Shown here piece after piece: positions 47,659 to 59,084 of a stretch of DNA of 64,000 bases. The notes beneath the pieces were generated by a model, which saw nothing but the letters and a program-made list of their open reading frames with translations, was not told where the DNA came from and did no database searches. How positions within the stretch are numbered: position 1 is the stretch's first letter; the number at the start of each line of letters is the position of its first letter. This DNA is from a bacterium (GTDB lineage Bacteria; Patescibacteriota; Patescibacteriia; Veblenbacterales; UBA10138). The stretch spans positions 55,862 to 119,861 of the forward strand of contig JAGVEX010000015.1 of the NCBI GenBank assembly GCA_020057885.1, given 5' to 3'. A program made the position numbers and the translations under genes.

Positions 47659-49614
47659 CTATGGTAGATTAAAATTTTGTAAATATGGCTTAACAATTTC
47701 ATCTGGTTTGCCTTTCAATAATTTAAGATAATTATTAAATTTAATTTTAGCTTCAGCCACACTCCCTGTTTCATAAAGCACAATACCCCAATTGCGATAA
47801 AAATCACTCCGATTAAACAAATAAGGTTCGGCTGCCTGATAAATCGATAATAATACTGGAAGTTGGTTGCCATCTAAAATAATCCAATAAGTATATAGCT
47901 GTAGTAAAGCCTGATAATAATTTGTCTTAGGCAAACCCTGAACCTTAGCTATATTAAAATAACCCAAACTTAATTTAATTTTATCTAAAACTAATTTAAT
48001 ATCTGTTTCATCGGAAATATCTATAATATAACTACCCGCCCACAAAGACCGATAAACTGATTCCACTGGGTTATATGTTACTGCTACACCAAACTCATGT
48101 TCCGCTAATTTAACCTGCCCCACAGCTATGGCCCTTGAACCACTACCAGCATAAGCATCTGCTTGCCAGCTACTAATATTTTTATAAAGCAATACTGCTG
48201 TTAAAATTGAACATAAAACCACTAAAAAATAACGCCAATTATAATTTTTATAATTTGACTCAGTTGAAATTGGTAATTCTTCAGATTTGTTTACGCTAAG
48301 GGTTAAAGCTATTACTAAATAAAAATATACTAGCGAGGTTATGGTATCAAAATTAAACAAACCAATTATTATATAAGCTATGAGTGATGCTAATAAGGCA
48401 CTATAATAAATATTTAATTCGGTTTCAGTAGCAGCGCGGCGGGCATTCCATAAATAATATATTATATAAACCATTAGGGCCAACAAGAGAAAAGTTGCAA
48501 CAACACCTACACTCAAGGCAGTATCTAAAAATATATTATGCGCCCTATCAAATGGCTGTGGTTCAAAATTAAAGGGTGAGGGTGTTTTTTCGGCGAGTAA
48601 ATAAAAGGTATCTGGTCCGTAACCAAAGAGTGGTTTTGTTACGACATGATTTAAGGCAACTCCCCATATCCACAACCTTACGCCGCCACTGTCATTTTGT
48701 ATATTAAAGGCGCTTACCAAGCGTTTTGTTAATACGCTATTATTATTTGCTGAATGATTTATAAAAAAATAACCGGCGACCAAAACAAAAAGCGTAACAA
48801 CAAAAAACAAAATGCGATTTTTAGTAAAATGAAACTTATCCTTAATTAATATAATAGCTAGTACAACCAATGAAATCGTTACTGCCAACCAAACACTGCG
48901 TGATAATGTAAAAACCGTCGCTATTAATCCCACAATCAAGGTAACAGCATTAAATATTCGTTTATAAATATTTTTACTCACTAACAAAGAATAAACAACC
49001 AGTGGTAATACCAGTGCCAAATATGCTCCTAAAAAGTTAGGATGACCTAGGGTGGCAAAAGAACGTCTTGGCCAACCAGGAGTAGCAACGCGCAAACCTT
49101 CCTTAAACCCAGGAAGGTCAATGCCAAAGTGTTGTAAAATAGCATACACCGAAATAAAAAATGTCACCACAGCCACACCGTCTAGTAACATCTTAAATAT
49201 CTGCTGACGTCGTAAAGTAATTCTTAACAAAAAATAAAATACAAAAACGTGTAAGAGTGTAAATAAGCCAAACCAACGTTCATATGTCCCCCACCAGCTA
49301 ATTCTAGGAAAAATTGAAAAAATAGTAGCTAGTGTAGTAATGCCAAAAATACCAACTATAAGCAAATCAGCTGGTGATTTTTTTAATAAATTAATTATCT
49401 CTCCACAAAAATTACTCCAATTGTCAAAAGTAAATATTAACTTTGCGGCCCATATAAAAAACAAAACTTCCACGCCTATACGAAACCATATAATTTTATT
49501 AAACTCAAAAACATTTAACGTTCTAATATCAAAAATAAGAGGTAGAGCCAATAATAAAGCTAGCACACCTATATCTAAACATTTTTGATAATTTTTGGAT
49601 TTAACTATTAACAT
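47659..49614 (-). CDS. O-antigen ligase/oligosaccharyltransferase family protein with TPR-like tail
   Basis: ATLGHPNF, TLSRS, RLWIW, GYGPDTF, DRAHN. Confidence 0.88.
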   Translation of the reverse strand: MLIVKSKNYQKCLDIGVLALLLALPLIFDIRTLNVFEFNKIIWFRIGVEVLFFIWAAKLIFTFDNWSNFCGEIINLLKKSPADLLIVGIFGITTLATIFSIFPRISWWGTYERWFGLFTLLHVFVFYFLLRITLRRQQIFKMLLDGVAVVTFFISVYAILQHFGIDLPGFKEGLRVATPGWPRRSFATLGHPNFLGAYLALVLPLVVYSLLVSKNIYKRIFNAVTLIVGLIATVFTLSRSVWLAVTISLVVLAIILIKDKFHFTKNRILFFVVTLFVLVAGYFFINHSANNNSVLTKRLVSAFNIQNDSGGVRLWIWGVALNHVVTKPLFGYGPDTFYLLAEKTPSPFNFEPQPFDRAHNIFLDTALSVGVVATFLLLALMVYIIYYLWNARRAATETELNIYYSALLASLIAYIIIGLFNFDTITSLVYFYLVIALTLSVNKSEELPISTESNYKNYNWRYFLVVLCSILTAVLLYKNISSWQADAYAGSGSRAIAVGQVKLAEHEFGVAVTYNPVESVYRSLWAGSYIIDISDETDIKLVLDKIKLSLGYFNIAKVQGLPKTNYYQALLQLYTYWIILDGNQLPVLLSIYQAAEPYLFNRSDFYRNWGIVLYETGSVAEAKIKFNNYLKLLKGKPDEIVKPYLQNFNLP

Positions 49615-49716
49615 TAATTGTTTATAAAAACAGCCTTATTATACAACTAGGGCGCACAAGGCGCCCTAGGTATTATAAACTATTTTCTTAGATTGCTAAA
49701 CGCATATCATCTGCTA

Positions 49717-52700
49717 TTATTTTGTGATTACCGACACAATCGTGCCCCAAACTTTTTGTATAAAATTCTTATCTTGGTTGCCACTAGGATCCGACGCCCG
49801 CACTATATAATAGGTTGGAGTTGGCAAGGCCGGACGTTTAATAAGATATCGTAAAGCTTTAGTGGCAAAACTCTGATAATTTAGTGAGCTACTCGCAAAA
49901 TAAGGTACCACTGTGGTTGACCAAATGGGACGCGTAAAATCAAAACCACTTGGCTTGGTAGCCTCATAAATCTTATAAGTTAGAGGTGTGGAAGCAGAGA
50001 CTTTTTTATAACTGTCTAAATCAACACCCGGCAACCAACTAAAATAGGCACTTTTAACATTATTAACTGGTTTTAGTGGTTCGATTTTTTCTAAGCCTTT
50101 GAAATTAGGGGCATATACATCTTTGGGGCCAAGGCATTTTTGATACTCATGAGTATGATCGCCAAAGTAAGCCCATGCCAAACGGTACGATCCGTCTGGG
50201 TTTGTCTTCCAATCAAGATCGTTTACACCAGGCGTAAACCACCCGGACCACGCACCCGAGAACCATTGAATACGGTAATTCTTTATCTCTGGGTGTTTGG
50301 CGCTATCCAATGTACTAAATTCAGATGTTCGCAAAGGGGCTTCCTTAACTATCTGGAACGACGCACAGAAAGAAGGATCACGAACTACAACATCTATGGT
50401 CTGCATATCGCCTAACCCAGAAGAATCCGCCACCTTGAATGTTGCTCGATACTTACCTGCAGTTGTAAAAAAATTAAAAAACTTACCATCTGCATTTACT
50501 TGGGTCGGCATACCTGCACCTAAGCTAAAACTATAAGTTAATGGGCTGTTGTTTGGATTATTAACTTCGACCTTAAATTGAGCTGAACCCTTAACATCTA
50601 TGGTACGCGTACCATAGATGTATTTAATCATGGATCCATTTCCAATAACAATGTTTTTTGCATACACATTATTACCCTCATTTGATTCGGATACAACTTT
50701 ATTAACATCAACCACAACTTGAATATTATTTGTACCCGCTACAAAGTGCTGATCAAGAAGAGCAAGTATATGGGGGCTATATTTACCATTTGGCTGGAGA
50801 TATGTTCCCTGTTGGATCTTATCAAGAATAATTTCATTATTAGTCAAATTTGTTACAACAATCCTAAAATCAGATAATACTTCTCCTTGTCCTAAATTGG
50901 AAATATCAAATTCAACATACTTGTACATATTATTCGAAACGATACTTGGCCCAACCTTAAAATTACTTATTGCAAGATCGGGTAACGATAATATTGGTCC
51001 ACTAAAACTACAAACCAACCACTGAGCCACATCAACCAAACAAGGCATTACACTCACAATGTCGCTACCCAAATTATAATCTGATATGTTAAATATAGAT
51101 GGAGTTACTGCATTATTTGTATTATACCAATTAGCCAGTAATGCACTTGCAGTTAGTCTGTGAATCTCATTGTTATATATAAGATAATAAGAACCACTAT
51201 AATTTAATAAAGTATTGTCAGGATATTTATCAACAATGGGAGCGCCCATTAAATAACTCAGCCATAATACGTCTGGCATCTTAATAATGGAGTTCTGTCA
51301 ATTGGGATACATTGTTGAAAGTTTAGCTTCTGGAATTTTATGTAATATATTAGGATACGATACGGCATAAACATTAACAAAACCGCTATCGGACATTTTT
51401 TGGACTAATTTAGTACCAGGCCTAATTGTTATATTTTTGTCCATTGGCAAACTAGTAAGTGTAGAAATCGCTACGGTCTTTACATTAGAAAAATCTTTAT
51501 ACCAAGAGAAATAAGTTTCCACATTAGGAAAAAGCAAACGTTTAATACCATCAAAATAATATACGGATGGATCACCAGCCCCTTTAATCACATCACCAGC
51601 TACTATACCAAGGTTACTGCCCTGCACACTCATCATATTACCCCAAAGTGGTAAGGTAACACGTGTATTTGGTTGACTTCCACTAAAACCTATGCCAGAC
51701 ACGCCCAAGCGGTAAGCACCACTCGCCTGTCCTGATAAATCAGCTTTAATTGTCAATATTTTACTGGTATTATTGGCTACGCTAACTGGCGTTAATATAT
51801 CGGCATAAAGCCAACCATGTGTCGGATTTGAAAGATTAAGTGACGCCGCACTACCTATTAACGTAGAGTCATCAAAAATCTTTATATTTGATAAAGCTGA
51901 CAAATTTGCAGAATCAGAATTTATCTGTAAATTATTAAGAGTAACATTACCACCTGTGGCGCTTAACTTTATTCTGGTAAATGTAACGCCAGTTTGACTG
52001 GAAGGAATATTGGCTGCTGCTGGACTAGATGCATCAAGTGCTACAGATAAAGTTGATGTAGCAGTAGATAGAACAGTCATCAAATTGCCATATAGGGGAA
52101 ATGCTACATTAACGCTTGTAGGTGCATGCTCAGAATTATAACCCAATCCAATTAAACCTAACCTATATGAACCACTAGCATTAGAGCCAACATCGGCCAC
52201 TAATCTTAAAACCATAGTGGAATCCTTTTTTATAGTTTGTGGTGCAATTGAAATACTAGTCCATTTATAAGAAGGGTCTGTAAAATTCAAAGTTGATGAA
52301 CTGCCTAATAATGTAGTGCCATAATAAACGCTAATATTAGACAAGGCTGAAACATTAAGCGCGTCAGAATTAATTTGAACTGTATTTATAGAAACATCCC
52401 CACCGATAGCTGAAAATTTTATTGTAGTAAAAAGCACGTTAGTTCCCCCAGCATTTATATTGCTAGCCATAGGAGATGCTGCATCTAACACTGCGGATAA
52501 TTTTGTACTTATTGGTAAGGGCGCAAAATTGGCAATTATAGACTTATTTGCGCTAATAGAAACAGTACAAGTTAATCCTGCAACACTACTACAACCAACC
52601 CAACTTACAAATGATGATGCTGCGCTGGCTGTAGCGGTTAATGTTACTACTGATTCAGATGCAAATGAAGCGTTACAAGAAGAACCGCAATTAATTCCTG

Positions 52701-53520
52701 TAATTCCTGTTGGGCTACTTGTAACTAAATCCGCGTCAGTACCGTTTTTAGTAACAGTTAAAGTATAATTATTTATAACCACATTTGTAGTAGTAACAAA
52801 TGATTTAACCACACTTACAGAACTACCAACGCTACTATTAGCTATGGCGCAATAATAATACGTTGTACTAGGTAATAAACCAGTAATAATACGCGAAACT
52901 GTAATAGGACTAGATCCGGTGAAAACGCTACTCGCACTAATTTGTGACAGGTTACTACATGTTGATTGTACAGGACTATACCTAAATGCAACTGAAGTTG
53001 ATACACCATTAGGATTTACTAAGGCGCTTAGAGTTGCTGAATTAGTAGTTATGCTTGTGGCGGCATTAATGGTGACGTAAGGAAGCTCTAATGGTATGGG
53101 TACAAAATTAGCTGTCACAGCTTTATTTGCATTTAAACTTAATACGCAAGTACTAGCTGTACCAGTACAACTACCTCCCCAACCATTAAAAATACTTCCA
53201 CTTGCCGCCGTAGCGGTTAAAGTAACAACGGAATTAGCAACATAACTAACAGAACATGTAGAGCCACAATTTATACCTGTCGGTGCGCTTATGACTGCTC
53301 CAGAGCCACTTTTAGTTACTGAAATGGTATAAGAAGATGGCCTAATTATTATTGGAACATCTTCCCCTGGTGCTGTGGCAGCCGAGGCTAATTGCGTAAT
53401 CATTGCGCTATAAAACAAAATACCCATCACTAATAGACTGGCTGAACCAATAAAATGATGGGGTTTATTTAACTTAGTTAAATTATGTAGCGGAGCTACA
53501 TGATAATGCAATTTTTTCAT
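49717..53520 (-). pseudogene. Large secreted surface protein (InlB-B-like, FN3-like, CARDB, PKD domains) interrupted by one in-frame TGA at 51298-51300
   Basis: ORFs 51298..53520 and 49717..51279 share a frame: MYPN*QNSIIKMPDV. Confidence 0.7.
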
Positions 53521-53702
53521 TTTTATTTTTCCTTTTTACTTAATATATTTAAATTATATTAAGCATTAATATTTATTTTAGGCTAATATTAGCCAATTCT
53601 ATATACATTATAGCATACAATACAAAAAAAATCAAGCCGTTTCAACAAAAAAACAGACTTTTTTGAAAGCCTGTTTTTTAAATGTATTAAATTTATAAAT
53701 AA

Positions 53703-53951
53703 TTAAGGATAAATTTGTTTGCCTGTATCATCCTCAATAAAAACCGCGTTGGTCGGACAAGATTTTGCGGCCTCCAACACCATTTTTTCATCAGCCGAAA
53801 ATTTAGAAAATTCCACCCACTCGCTTGTTTTGCTGCCGTCGCTAGATTTGATCACGGCTTTACCCTCTTCATCTAACTCAAATACTTCTGGCAAAAGCGC
53901 AATGCAAGAAGCCGCGCTAATGCATAATTCTCTATCTACTCTAACTCGCAT
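53703..53951 (-). CDS. Monocluster ferredoxin, probably [3Fe-4S]
   Basis: CISAASC...CP; second Cys replaced by Ala. Confidence 0.88.
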   Translation of the reverse strand: MRVRVDRELCISAASCIALLPEVFELDEEGKAVIKSSDGSKTSEWVEFSKFSADEKMVLEAAKSCPTNAVFIEDDTGKQIYP

Positions 53952-53998
53952 AATAATTTATGGTTAAAAATTAATTGTTAATTTTATTGTTTTTAATT

Positions 53999-54095
53999 AG
54001 ATTCCTTCGTCGCCCGCCCAAAGCGTGCTCCTCGCAATGACATTAATGTATAATTACGAATCAATATCGTCATTGCGAACGAAGTGAAGCAATCT
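53999..54095. repeat. Inverted pair of GTCATTGCGA-type palindromic repeats
   Basis: agatt...tcgcaatgac / gtcattgcgaacgaagtgaagcaatct. Confidence 0.7.
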
Positions 54096-54119
54096 CTCTA
54101 TTCATAATTCAGTATTCAA

Positions 54120-54536
54120 CTATAAAGCAATTAAGACGGCCCCGGCGGCCATTAATATGGTACCGGCTATAACTTTAAAGGTCAAACTTTCGCCCAAAAT
54201 AAGCGCCGCTAAAACTACTGTGAACACTAAGGATAATTTATCAATTGGTGCCACCTTGGAGGCCGCTCCCACTTTAAGCGCGTAAAAATAAAACAACCAA
54301 GAAAGCGCTGTGGCAATAGCAGATAAAAATAAAAACAACCATGTCTTACTACCAATGCTTCCTAATTCATTTGTCTTACCTTGAAACAGCACAATCGCCC
54401 AAGCAAAGGCTAAAATAAAAACCGTACGAATAGCAGTGGCTAAGTTTGAATTTACATCTTTAATTCCAATTTTCGCCAAAATGGCGGTAAGCCCGGCGAA
54501 TAAAGCAGAAAGTAAAGCGGCGGTTACCCAAGACAT
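54120..54536 (-). CDS. EamA/DMT family small transporter
   Basis: ILAKIG, ATAIRT, VAPIDKLS, LGE. Confidence 0.9.
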   Translation of the reverse strand: MSWVTAALLSALFAGLTAILAKIGIKDVNSNLATAIRTVFILAFAWAIVLFQGKTNELGSIGSKTWLFLFLSAIATALSWLFYFYALKVGAASKVAPIDKLSLVFTVVLAALILGESLTFKVIAGTILMAAGAVLIAL

Positions 54537-54643
54537 AAAAATTAAATCTAAATTTCAAAATCCAAAATCCAAAACAATTAAGGATAAATTTTTTAAGAAG
54601 TGAATTTAGGACTTGTTTAAAATTAATGATTAGAAACTGTTTA

Positions 54644-56140
54644 TTATTTTATAAACACTACATTATTTTTACGAGCAGCAGCGAGTCCGAGTTGTAAACG
54701 TTCCTTACTCGCGGCATACAAAGTAAATAATTTATCGCCCTTTTTCACTTTATTGCCCCAATCGACATGTGTATGAATACCGGCGATTTTTTCGTGCGGT
54801 GCGCCCAAATTCATACAAATTTCATTAATCGCGCGATCGTGTATCAAAACAACTTTACCGGATTTTTTGGAATGAATTTCATAACGGAAAGCGCCCGTAG
54901 CAATTTCTTCTGATTTAATATTATAATTACCACCCTGCGCCTTAATAATCTCTTGCATTTTTTTCCAAGCCGCGCCATTTAACAATTGCTTTTGCGCAAT
55001 TTTTTTACCTTGTCCTTTGCGGCAATAACCCTTAAGCTCCAAAAGTTCACCAGCCAAATAAATTGATTTACGCTCTAAATCGTGCGGGCGTAATTTATGT
55101 TGCTGTAAAACGCGCAACACATCACGCGCTTCCAGCGCTGGCCCAATACCGCGTCCTATTGGCTCACGCGCCAAGGTTTTAATAACCTTTACTTTCATAT
55201 GGAACTTACGCCCAAGCCATTCAAACTTTTTCTGTAATTGATTGGCTGTGCGCATATTAGGAATTTTGGTAGTTTCGCCAATCGGCATATCAATAACCAA
55301 ATAATCCACCCCCATGGCCACTTTTTTAGCCATTATGGAAACTATCATTTTATCGTAAGGCTCAAGGGCTAACGGTCTTGAGATTTTTATAATTTTATCA
55401 TCGGCTGGGGCAATATTAAGCCCACCGCCCCACACCAAACAAGCTTTGGTTTTTTTAACTATTTCCTTAATCTGCTTCATGGAAAAACTTACCGGCGCCA
55501 ACACTTCCATCGTATCAGCAGTACCGGCTGGCGAAGTTATGGCGCGCGAAGACGTTTTGGGAATATAAATCCCGAGCGAGGCAATAATGGGAATCACCAC
55601 CATAGTTGTGCGGTTACCTGGCAAGCCGCCGACTGAATGTTTATCTACCACCTTTGTTGGCAGATCCATTTTTTCACCTGTATTGGCAATTGATTTGGCT
55701 AGATAATAAAGCTCGTCTTTGGAATACGGCTTAACAAAACCAGAGGCCACGAAATAAGTAATCTCGGGTATTGATAATTTATTTTGGGTTATATCAGAAA
55801 TAATTGAATGAATTTCCTCATAGCCCAAAGGCTTGCCCAACATTTTTTTCTTAATAGCCTGAATAGATGGTGGGCGCGATATAATAGATACTTCCACCAC
55901 GTCACCCTCCTCAATATTACGGCCGCGCCAAACCTCACGAAACAAGCCCACGCGCCCCGGCATTACTTTGGCTTTACTAGTATCAGCCGATACGACCAAT
56001 TTGGATCTATTACTCCATTTAAGCTCTATTCTATCGCCTGCCTGTATGCCTAAACTTTCGGCCTCGGCTTCATTAAGCACTGCAATAATTTCGTTGCCGG
56101 CGGAAAAATCTAATTTTTTTGACTTTAGATAAAATGACAT
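54644..56140 (-). CDS. AMP phosphorylase (archaeal-type DeoA)
   Basis: Extra N-terminal domain; DKHSVGGLPGNRTT, KTSSRAITSPAGTAD, GIGPALEA. Confidence 0.9.
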   Translation of the reverse strand: MSFYLKSKKLDFSAGNEIIAVLNEAEAESLGIQAGDRIELKWSNRSKLVVSADTSKAKVMPGRVGLFREVWRGRNIEEGDVVEVSIISRPPSIQAIKKKMLGKPLGYEEIHSIISDITQNKLSIPEITYFVASGFVKPYSKDELYYLAKSIANTGEKMDLPTKVVDKHSVGGLPGNRTTMVVIPIIASLGIYIPKTSSRAITSPAGTADTMEVLAPVSFSMKQIKEIVKKTKACLVWGGGLNIAPADDKIIKISRPLALEPYDKMIVSIMAKKVAMGVDYLVIDMPIGETTKIPNMRTANQLQKKFEWLGRKFHMKVKVIKTLAREPIGRGIGPALEARDVLRVLQQHKLRPHDLERKSIYLAGELLELKGYCRKGQGKKIAQKQLLNGAAWKKMQEIIKAQGGNYNIKSEEIATGAFRYEIHSKKSGKVVLIHDRAINEICMNLGAPHEKIAGIHTHVDWGNKVKKGDKLFTLYAASKERLQLGLAAARKNNVVFIK

Positions 56141-56268
56141 AAATAAAAGCTTCGCTTTTACCCCGCGGAGCGGGGTGGTCCGCCACGGCGAACCAAAATA
56201 CTAAATTCGAAATCCCTGCCTACCGGTAGGCTGGCTAAACTCTAAACAACATATGAATAAAAAATTAA

Positions 56269-57201
56269 TTATTTAGATAGCCAAGGATAATGCTGTTTAA
56301 CTAATTTTACCACTTGCTTGGGTTTAATTATACCAAATTCACAAATAATACCAGTAATATACTTAGCAGGCACTTTATCAAAGGCATAATTTATTATTTT
56401 TGTGCCGCGTGGCGCATGCGGCCACAGCTCTTGCCGCGGGCGCAATTCAATTTTACTCTCCCCTTTCATATCTGCCTTTAAAAGTGTAGCGGCAATATAA
56501 ACTGGAATTTTAGAATCATAAGCCGCTAAAGCAATGCCAAAACTACCAATTTTATTTAACACCGACCCATCGCGTGCTATGCTATCAGCGCCCAATAAAA
56601 CTAAATTGATTTTAACATCATCCCCCGAGTGGTTAGAAACCAACCAGGCCGCTGCACTGTCGGCTACCATTGCACAGGGTATTTTAGAGTGACGCAAATG
56701 CTTGTCAGTAATATGACCTTGAAACAAAGGCCTGGTTTCGGTGTGATAAACTTTAAATCTTTTCCCCTTGCGATGCGCGGCCAACAAAACTTTTTCCGCC
56801 AATGAAGAATGGCAATGTGTAAAAATATTTCTTTTGGCGGTAAGCGCCACAACTCCGGCGTGACTTAATTTATTTTCAGCTTGTTTTAAATAAGCTTCCA
56901 ATTTAACCACCAGTTGTTCAACTAATTTATTCCAATTTGATTTATTTAAATTAACTGCTCGCTTTTTTAATTCATATACAAACCACCGACTAATATTGCG
57001 TGCCAACGGTTCGGTAGGTCTTAAATTAGCCAAGTCTTCCTGTATTTTGGCTAGACTTTTCCAATCGGCTTTGGTAGTTGGTATTTTTTCAGATTTAGCA
57101 TAATGCGACAAAGCCTGCAAAGTGGTTTGCGCTACCAGTGTTGCGCCCTGAATATGAACACTTAACAAATCCTTCTTAAAATTCTTGAGGGAGTTTGACA
57201 T
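56269..57201 (-). CDS. Ribose-1,5-bisphosphate isomerase (eIF-2B-like)
   Basis: IQGA, RPTEP, THCHS, ETRP..QG, GADSI, NKIGS; adjacent to AMP phosphorylase. Confidence 0.85.
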   Translation of the reverse strand: MSNSLKNFKKDLLSVHIQGATLVAQTTLQALSHYAKSEKIPTTKADWKSLAKIQEDLANLRPTEPLARNISRWFVYELKKRAVNLNKSNWNKLVEQLVVKLEAYLKQAENKLSHAGVVALTAKRNIFTHCHSSLAEKVLLAAHRKGKRFKVYHTETRPLFQGHITDKHLRHSKIPCAMVADSAAAWLVSNHSGDDVKINLVLLGADSIARDGSVLNKIGSFGIALAAYDSKIPVYIAATLLKADMKGESKIELRPRQELWPHAPRGTKIINYAFDKVPAKYITGIICEFGIIKPKQVVKLVKQHYPWLSK

Positions 57202-57218
57202 ATTTTTACTAAAAATAA

Positions 57219-59081
57219 TTACTCATCAAATCTAATTACTTGCCCGGGCTGCAATTTTTTAAAATTGGACTCAGCTTTGTTATTTTCTTCTGACATATGC
57301 TGATCTACCGAGCGAGCATTAAAAGAAACCGGTTTGCGAGCTAAGGCTTCTTCTAAAGAAATACTAGGTGGCGGCGTTGGCACTAGTGGCTGTGCCATGA
57401 CCAACGGACTAGCTGTTTTTTCTTCCGGTACTGGCGGTAAAGCATTTTCAACTGTCGGCAAATCAACCGGTGCTTGTGCTGGGCCTTGGGTTGCATTTGT
57501 TACCACTAACCTTGGTTTTGGTTTGGCAATTATTCCTTGTCGCACCCGTTTCATATCTTCTTTGCAATAAACCGCCCTAATGCCGTCGGGCTTAAATGGT
57601 AATTGCACCTTACGTTTGCAAACCCAGCATTCTGCCTCAAAAAGCTCCCGTTCCGGATTTAAATTCAAACGCGGTGGCTCATTGGAAGTGGTGGCCGCCC
57701 CGCGCTGTTTAAACGAAGCTGGCACATTACGATACATCATTTCTTCGGGATCAAGCGAACGAGAATCTTCGTGGGCGGATCCTTTAAACGTTTCCTCCAC
57801 GCCTGCCCAACGCAAAATTTTCTCCTCTACCACTGTTCTATTCTTAGCATAACGTTCACGTGATACTCTAATAATTTTATCGCGGTTATTAGTGCGCTGA
57901 GAAATTGGCGGTAAAGTAGTAGCGCTAAAGGCGGAACTAGTAACACCATCTATCATTAATTTTAAATAAATATGATAGTTGGGCAAAGATACTAAATCCG
58001 TCTGCATAAAAGTTGGCTCAAATTCCGGCTCTAAATATTCGGCATCTTCTGCGCCGATGCGGAATATAATCATAGTACCAACGTTGCCAAAAACTGAGGC
58101 TTTAACCTCGTCACCTAATTGCTCAATATATTGGTGAGCCATAATTAAATCCAAGCGATATTTACGCGCTTCTGACAGAATGTTGGCAAAACTTTCTGTG
58201 GCAAAATTTTGAAACTCGTCTACATAAAGAAAAAAATCTTGGCGTTCTTCTTCGGGAGTATCAATGCGGCTCATTGCCGCCAGCTGGATTTTTGTAATCA
58301 TCATAGCGCCAAGTAGCGCTGAGTTATCTTCACCCACCCTACCTTTGGACAAATCCATCAACAAAATTTTACGTCCATCCATAATTTCTCGCAAATCAAG
58401 AGTGGATTTGGATTGGCCAACAATATTGCGAATAATAGCCGAAGATAAAAATTGGCCAATTTTATTTTGGATAGGTGAAATAGCTTCCGTACGGAATTTT
58501 TCATTGTAATTTTCATATTCATCAATCCAGAAAGAACGTACCACCGGATCACTTAATTTATCCAAAACTTTTCGGCGAAAATATTTATCCACTAAAATAC
58601 GTGTAATACCAAGCAAAGTGGAGCCAGGATATTCTAAAAGCGATAATATGGCATTACGTAAAATGTATTCCAAGCGCGGCCCCCAGGAATCAGCCCAAAT
58701 TTTCTTAAACACACCAATCAAACCCGAAGCTACCAAATGACGATACCTTGGATCCACTGCCTCCAAGGGGTTAAAAGCTACTGGGTAATCAACATCCGAA
58801 GGATTAAAATACACTACGTCGTTTACGCGACTAGAAGGGATTATATCCAAAATCTTTTCCACCAAATCACCGTGCGGGTCAACTACTGCCACACCAAAAC
58901 CAGCGCGGATATCGCTCGCTATCATATTTTCAAGCATGACAGATTTACCCGTACCAGATTTACCAATTACATACATATGGCGACGGCGATCGTCCAGCTT
59001 AATACCGAATTTCCGCGATTGATTGCGAAAATTAGTTTCGGCAAAAGGAGTGATATTGTAACGTGGGGTCAACTCTTCCAT
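57219..59081 (-). CDS. VirD4/TraG/DUF87-type P-loop ATPase with C-terminal CxxC-x17 Zn-ribbon
   Basis: GKSGTGKS, DPHGD, WGPRLE, YVDEFQN, EARKY. Confidence 0.88.
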   Translation of the reverse strand: MEELTPRYNITPFAETNFRNQSRKFGIKLDDRRRHMYVIGKSGTGKSVMLENMIASDIRAGFGVAVVDPHGDLVEKILDIIPSSRVNDVVYFNPSDVDYPVAFNPLEAVDPRYRHLVASGLIGVFKKIWADSWGPRLEYILRNAILSLLEYPGSTLLGITRILVDKYFRRKVLDKLSDPVVRSFWIDEYENYNEKFRTEAISPIQNKIGQFLSSAIIRNIVGQSKSTLDLREIMDGRKILLMDLSKGRVGEDNSALLGAMMITKIQLAAMSRIDTPEEERQDFFLYVDEFQNFATESFANILSEARKYRLDLIMAHQYIEQLGDEVKASVFGNVGTMIIFRIGAEDAEYLEPEFEPTFMQTDLVSLPNYHIYLKLMIDGVTSSAFSATTLPPISQRTNNRDKIIRVSRERYAKNRTVVEEKILRWAGVEETFKGSAHEDSRSLDPEEMMYRNVPASFKQRGAATTSNEPPRLNLNPERELFEAECWVCKRKVQLPFKPDGIRAVYCKEDMKRVRQGIIAKPKPRLVVTNATQGPAQAPVDLPTVENALPPVPEEKTASPLVMAQPLVPTPPPSISLEEALARKPVSFNARSVDQHMSEENNKAESNFKKLQPGQVIRFDE

Positions 59082-59084
59082 AGA

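Noticed and set aside
51298-51300. Genome-wide TGA recoding (code 4 or 25)
   Set aside because: TGA ends complete genes elsewhere (MFS at 4182; flippase at 22223 with an ATGA overlap) and long conserved genes have no internal TGA.
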